Shown here in pieces: positions 60,691 through 64,000 of a stretch of DNA of 64,000 nucleotides; positions within the stretch are counted from its first letter, which is position 1, and the number at the start of each line of letters is the position of its first letter. The notes under the pieces are model-generated. The model was not told the origin of the DNA, ran no database searches, and was given only the letters and a program-made list of their open reading frames with translations. Source of the DNA: Squalus acanthias (taxonomy: Eukaryota); assembly GCA_030390025.1 (NCBI GenBank), contig CM059432.1:65412001-65476000 (forward strand), written 5' to 3'. A program made the translations under genes and the position numbers.

Positions 60691-63592
60691 AGCTGGGGAA
60701 TTTAAATTCAGTTAATTAAATAAATCTGGAATAAAAAACTAGTATCAGTAATGGTAACCATGAGACTATCGGATTGTTGTAAAAACCCATCTGGTTCACT
60801 AATGTCCTTTAGAAAAGGAAATCTGCCATCCTTACCTGGTCTGGTCTATATGTGACTCCAGACCTACAGCAATGTGGTTGACTCTTAACTGCCCTCAAAA
60901 ATGGCCTAGCAAGCCACTCAGTTGTATACAACTGCTACGAAAAACAATAAAAATAAAACCGGATAGACCACCCGGCATCGACCTCGGCACCGGCTATGGA
61001 CATGGCAGCGGCACAGCCAGCTCAGTCACCCCTGCAAAGTCCTCCTCACCAACATCTGGAGACTTGTGCCAAAATTGGGAAAGCTGTCCCACAGACTAGT
61101 CAAGCAACAGCCTGACATAGTCATGCTCAAAGAATCATACCTTACAGCCAATGTCAAAAATTCCTCCATCACCATCCCTGGGTATGACCCACCAGGGGTG
61201 GCAGCACAGTGGTATACAGTCGGGAAGGAGTGGCCCTGGGAGTCCTTAACATTGACTCTGGACCCCATGAAGTCTCATGGCTTCAGGTCAAGCATGGGCA
61301 AGGAAACCTCCTGCTGATTACTACCTACCGCCCTCGCTCAGCTGATAAATCAGTACTCCTCCATGTTGGACACCACTTGGAAGAAGCACTGAGAGTAGCA
61401 AGGGCTCAGAATATACTCTGGGTGGGAGACTTCAATGTCCATCATCAAGAGTGGCTCGGTAGCACCACTACTGATCGAGCTGGCCAAGTCCTGAAGGACA
61501 TAGCTGCCAGTCTGGGCCTGTAACAATGGTGAGAGAACCAACACGAGGGAAAAACCTACTTGACCTCGTCCTCACCAATCTACCTGTCGCAGATGCATCT
61601 GTCCATGACAACATTGGTAGCAGTGACCACCGCACAGTCATTGTGGAGATGAAGTCCTGTCTTCACACTGAGGAAACCCTCCATCATGTTGTGTGACACT
61701 ACCACTGTGCTAAATGGGACAGATTCAATACAGATCTAGCAGCTCAAAACTGGGCATCCATGAGGCGCTGTGGGCCATCAGCAGCAGCAGAATTATATTC
61801 CACCACAATCTGTAACCTCATGGCCCGGCATATCCCTCACTCTACCATTACCATCAAGCCAGGGGACCAACCCTGGTTCAATAAGGAGTACAGAAGAGCA
61901 TGCCAGGAGCAGCACCAGGCATACCTAAAAATGCAGTGCCAACCTGGGGAAGCTGCAACATAGGACTACAGGCATGCTAAAAAGTGGAGGCAGCATGCTA
62001 TAGACAAAGCTAAGGTATCCCACAATCAACAGATCAGATCAAAGCTCTGCAGTCCTGCCACATCCAGTCATGAATGGTGGTGGACCATTAAGCAACTAAC
62101 GGGAGGAGGAGGCTCCATGAATATCCCCATCCTCAATGATGGTGGAGCCCAGCACGTGAGTGCTAAAGACAAAGCTGAAGCATTTGCAACCATCTTCAGC
62201 CAGAAGTGCCGAGTGGATGATCCATATCGGCCTCCTCCGGAGGTCCCCACCACCACAGAAGCCAGTCTTCAGCCAATTTGATTCACTCCACGTGATATCA
62301 AGAAATGGCTGAGCGCACTGGATACAGCAAAAGCTGTGGCCCCCTGAAAACATCCCGGCTGTCGTGCTGAAGACTTGTGCTCCAGAACTAGCCACGCCTC
62401 TAGCCAAGCTGTTCCAGTACAGCTACAATGCTACGACAATGTGGAAAACTGCCCAGGTATGTCCTGTCCACAAAAATCAGGACAAATCCAATCCGACCAA
62501 TTACCGTCCCATCCGTCTGCTCTCAATCATCAGCAAAGTGATGGAAGGTGTCAACCTCAGTGCTGTCAGGCAGCACTTACTCACCAATAACGTGCTCACT
62601 GATGCCCAGTTTGGGTTCTGCCAGGACCACTCGGCTCCAGACCTCATTACAGCCTTGGTCCAAACATGGACAAAAGAGCTGAATTCCAGAGGTGAGGTGA
62701 GAGTGACTGCCCTTGATATCAAGTCAGCATTTGACTGAGTGTGGCATCAAGGAGCTCTACTAAAACTGAAGTCAATGAGAATCGGGGGGAAAGCTCTCCA
62801 CTGGCTGGAGTCATACCTAGCACAAAGGAAGATGGTTGTGGTTGTTGGAGGGCAATCATCTCAGCCCCAGGACATCACTGCAGTAGTTTCTAAGGGCAGT
62901 GTCCTAGGCCCAACCATCTTCAGCTGCTTCATCAGTGACCTTCCCTCCATCATAGGGTCAGAAGTGGGGATGTTCGCTGATGACTGCACAGTGTTCAGTT
63001 CCATTCGCAACTCCTCAGATAATGAAGCAGTTCATGCCTGCATGCAGCAAGACCTGGACGACATTCAGGCTTGGGCTGATAACTCACAGGTAACATTCGC
63101 ACCACACAAGTGCCAGGCAATGACTATCTCCAACAAGCGAGCATCTAACCACTGCCCCTTGATATTCAATGGCATTAACATCGCCGAATCCCCCACCATC
63201 AATATCCTGGGTGTCACCATTGACCAGAAACTTAACTGGACCAGCCACATAATTACTGTGGTAACAAGAGCAGGTCAGAGGCTAGTTATTCTGTGGCGAG
63301 TGTCTCACCTCCTGACTCCCCAAAGCCTTTCCACCATCTACAAGGCACAAGTCAGAAGTGTGATGGAATACTCTCCACTTGCCTGGATGAGTGCAGCTCC
63401 AACAATACCCAAGAAGCTCGACACCATCCAAGACAAAGCAGCCCACTTGATTGGCACCCCATCCACCACCTTAAACATTCACTCCCTCCACCACCGGCGT
63501 GTCTATATCTGCAGTGTGTACCATCTACAAGATGCACTGCAGCAACTCGCCAAGGCTTCTTCAGCAGCACTTCCCAAACCCGCGACCTCTAC
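60604..63592 (+). mobile_element. CR1-group-like LINE, single EN-RT ORF (decayed), tRNA-derived 5' end, 3' truncated
   Basis: EN: LLTNIWRLVPKL, PDIVMLKESYL, GDFN, SDH. RT: NYRPIRLLS, QFGF, DIKSAFD, GSVLGP, FADD. The ORF starts ~430 bp after the head. Confidence 0.92.
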
Positions 63593-64000
63593 TATTCAGA
63601 AAAATACACCATTCTATGAAAGAATTCTGGCCTTATTAAAACATGACAAACTGGGTTTGGAAATCTAGAAACCTAACTATGAAAAAGCTGTGAAAGCATT
63701 TTGGCTATAGAGATAAGATAGTTGTTGACACTGAATCAATAACCTTATTGAAACAGAAGGTTAAAGGCTCCGGTAGGCTGAACCTTTGGGAACAAAACAA
63801 TGGTTCACACTGTACAAGGTGTTCTAATTTACACTTCGTAAAGAAGCACATAAAAGTAAGAAACATCTGCCTTCGTAAAAATGACATCAAGTAAAACACA
63901 CCTGCCGTTACACCGTTTTTTATGGTCAACTTATAACACCTAGAGAAGAGACATAATTCTGTAATGCTACCAGCTGAGGTGACTGTAAGAATTGCAGGGG

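Overview
This is eukaryotic, repeat-dense, non-coding DNA. It is most likely from a cartilaginous fish (shark or ray), judged from DeuSINE/SacSINE1-like SINEs, CR1 and L2 LINEs, Penelope-like elements and abundant PIF/Harbinger derivatives. I recognise no intact host protein-coding gene, rRNA, tRNA gene or CRISPR array; nearly all ORFs in the track are decayed transposon ORFs or their alternative frames. Main content: CR1 and L2 fragments, Penelope-like fragments carrying minimal hammerhead ribozyme motifs, a decayed two-gene Harbinger (Myb/SANT gene plus DDE transposase) with several deletion derivatives, and about 20 Harbinger-type MITEs, many with 3-bp TSDs. Most interesting observations: (1) a ~3 kb endonuclease-RT LINE at 60604-63592 that starts with a tRNA-like Pol III head, has no ORF1, no in-frame AUG before the endonuclease and no TTTT on its sense strand, i.e. 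a candidate Pol III-transcribed LINE; (2) a young 223-bp insertion forming an 88-bp hairpin with a hammerhead motif on each strand and a 12-bp TSD; (3) a MITE family carrying a conserved 91-92 nt mini-intron followed by co-varying hairpins, plus recurrent splice donors and TTGACAG inverted repeats across MITE families; (4) several readable rearrangement scars. All calls were made by eye; boundaries without a TSD are approximate.
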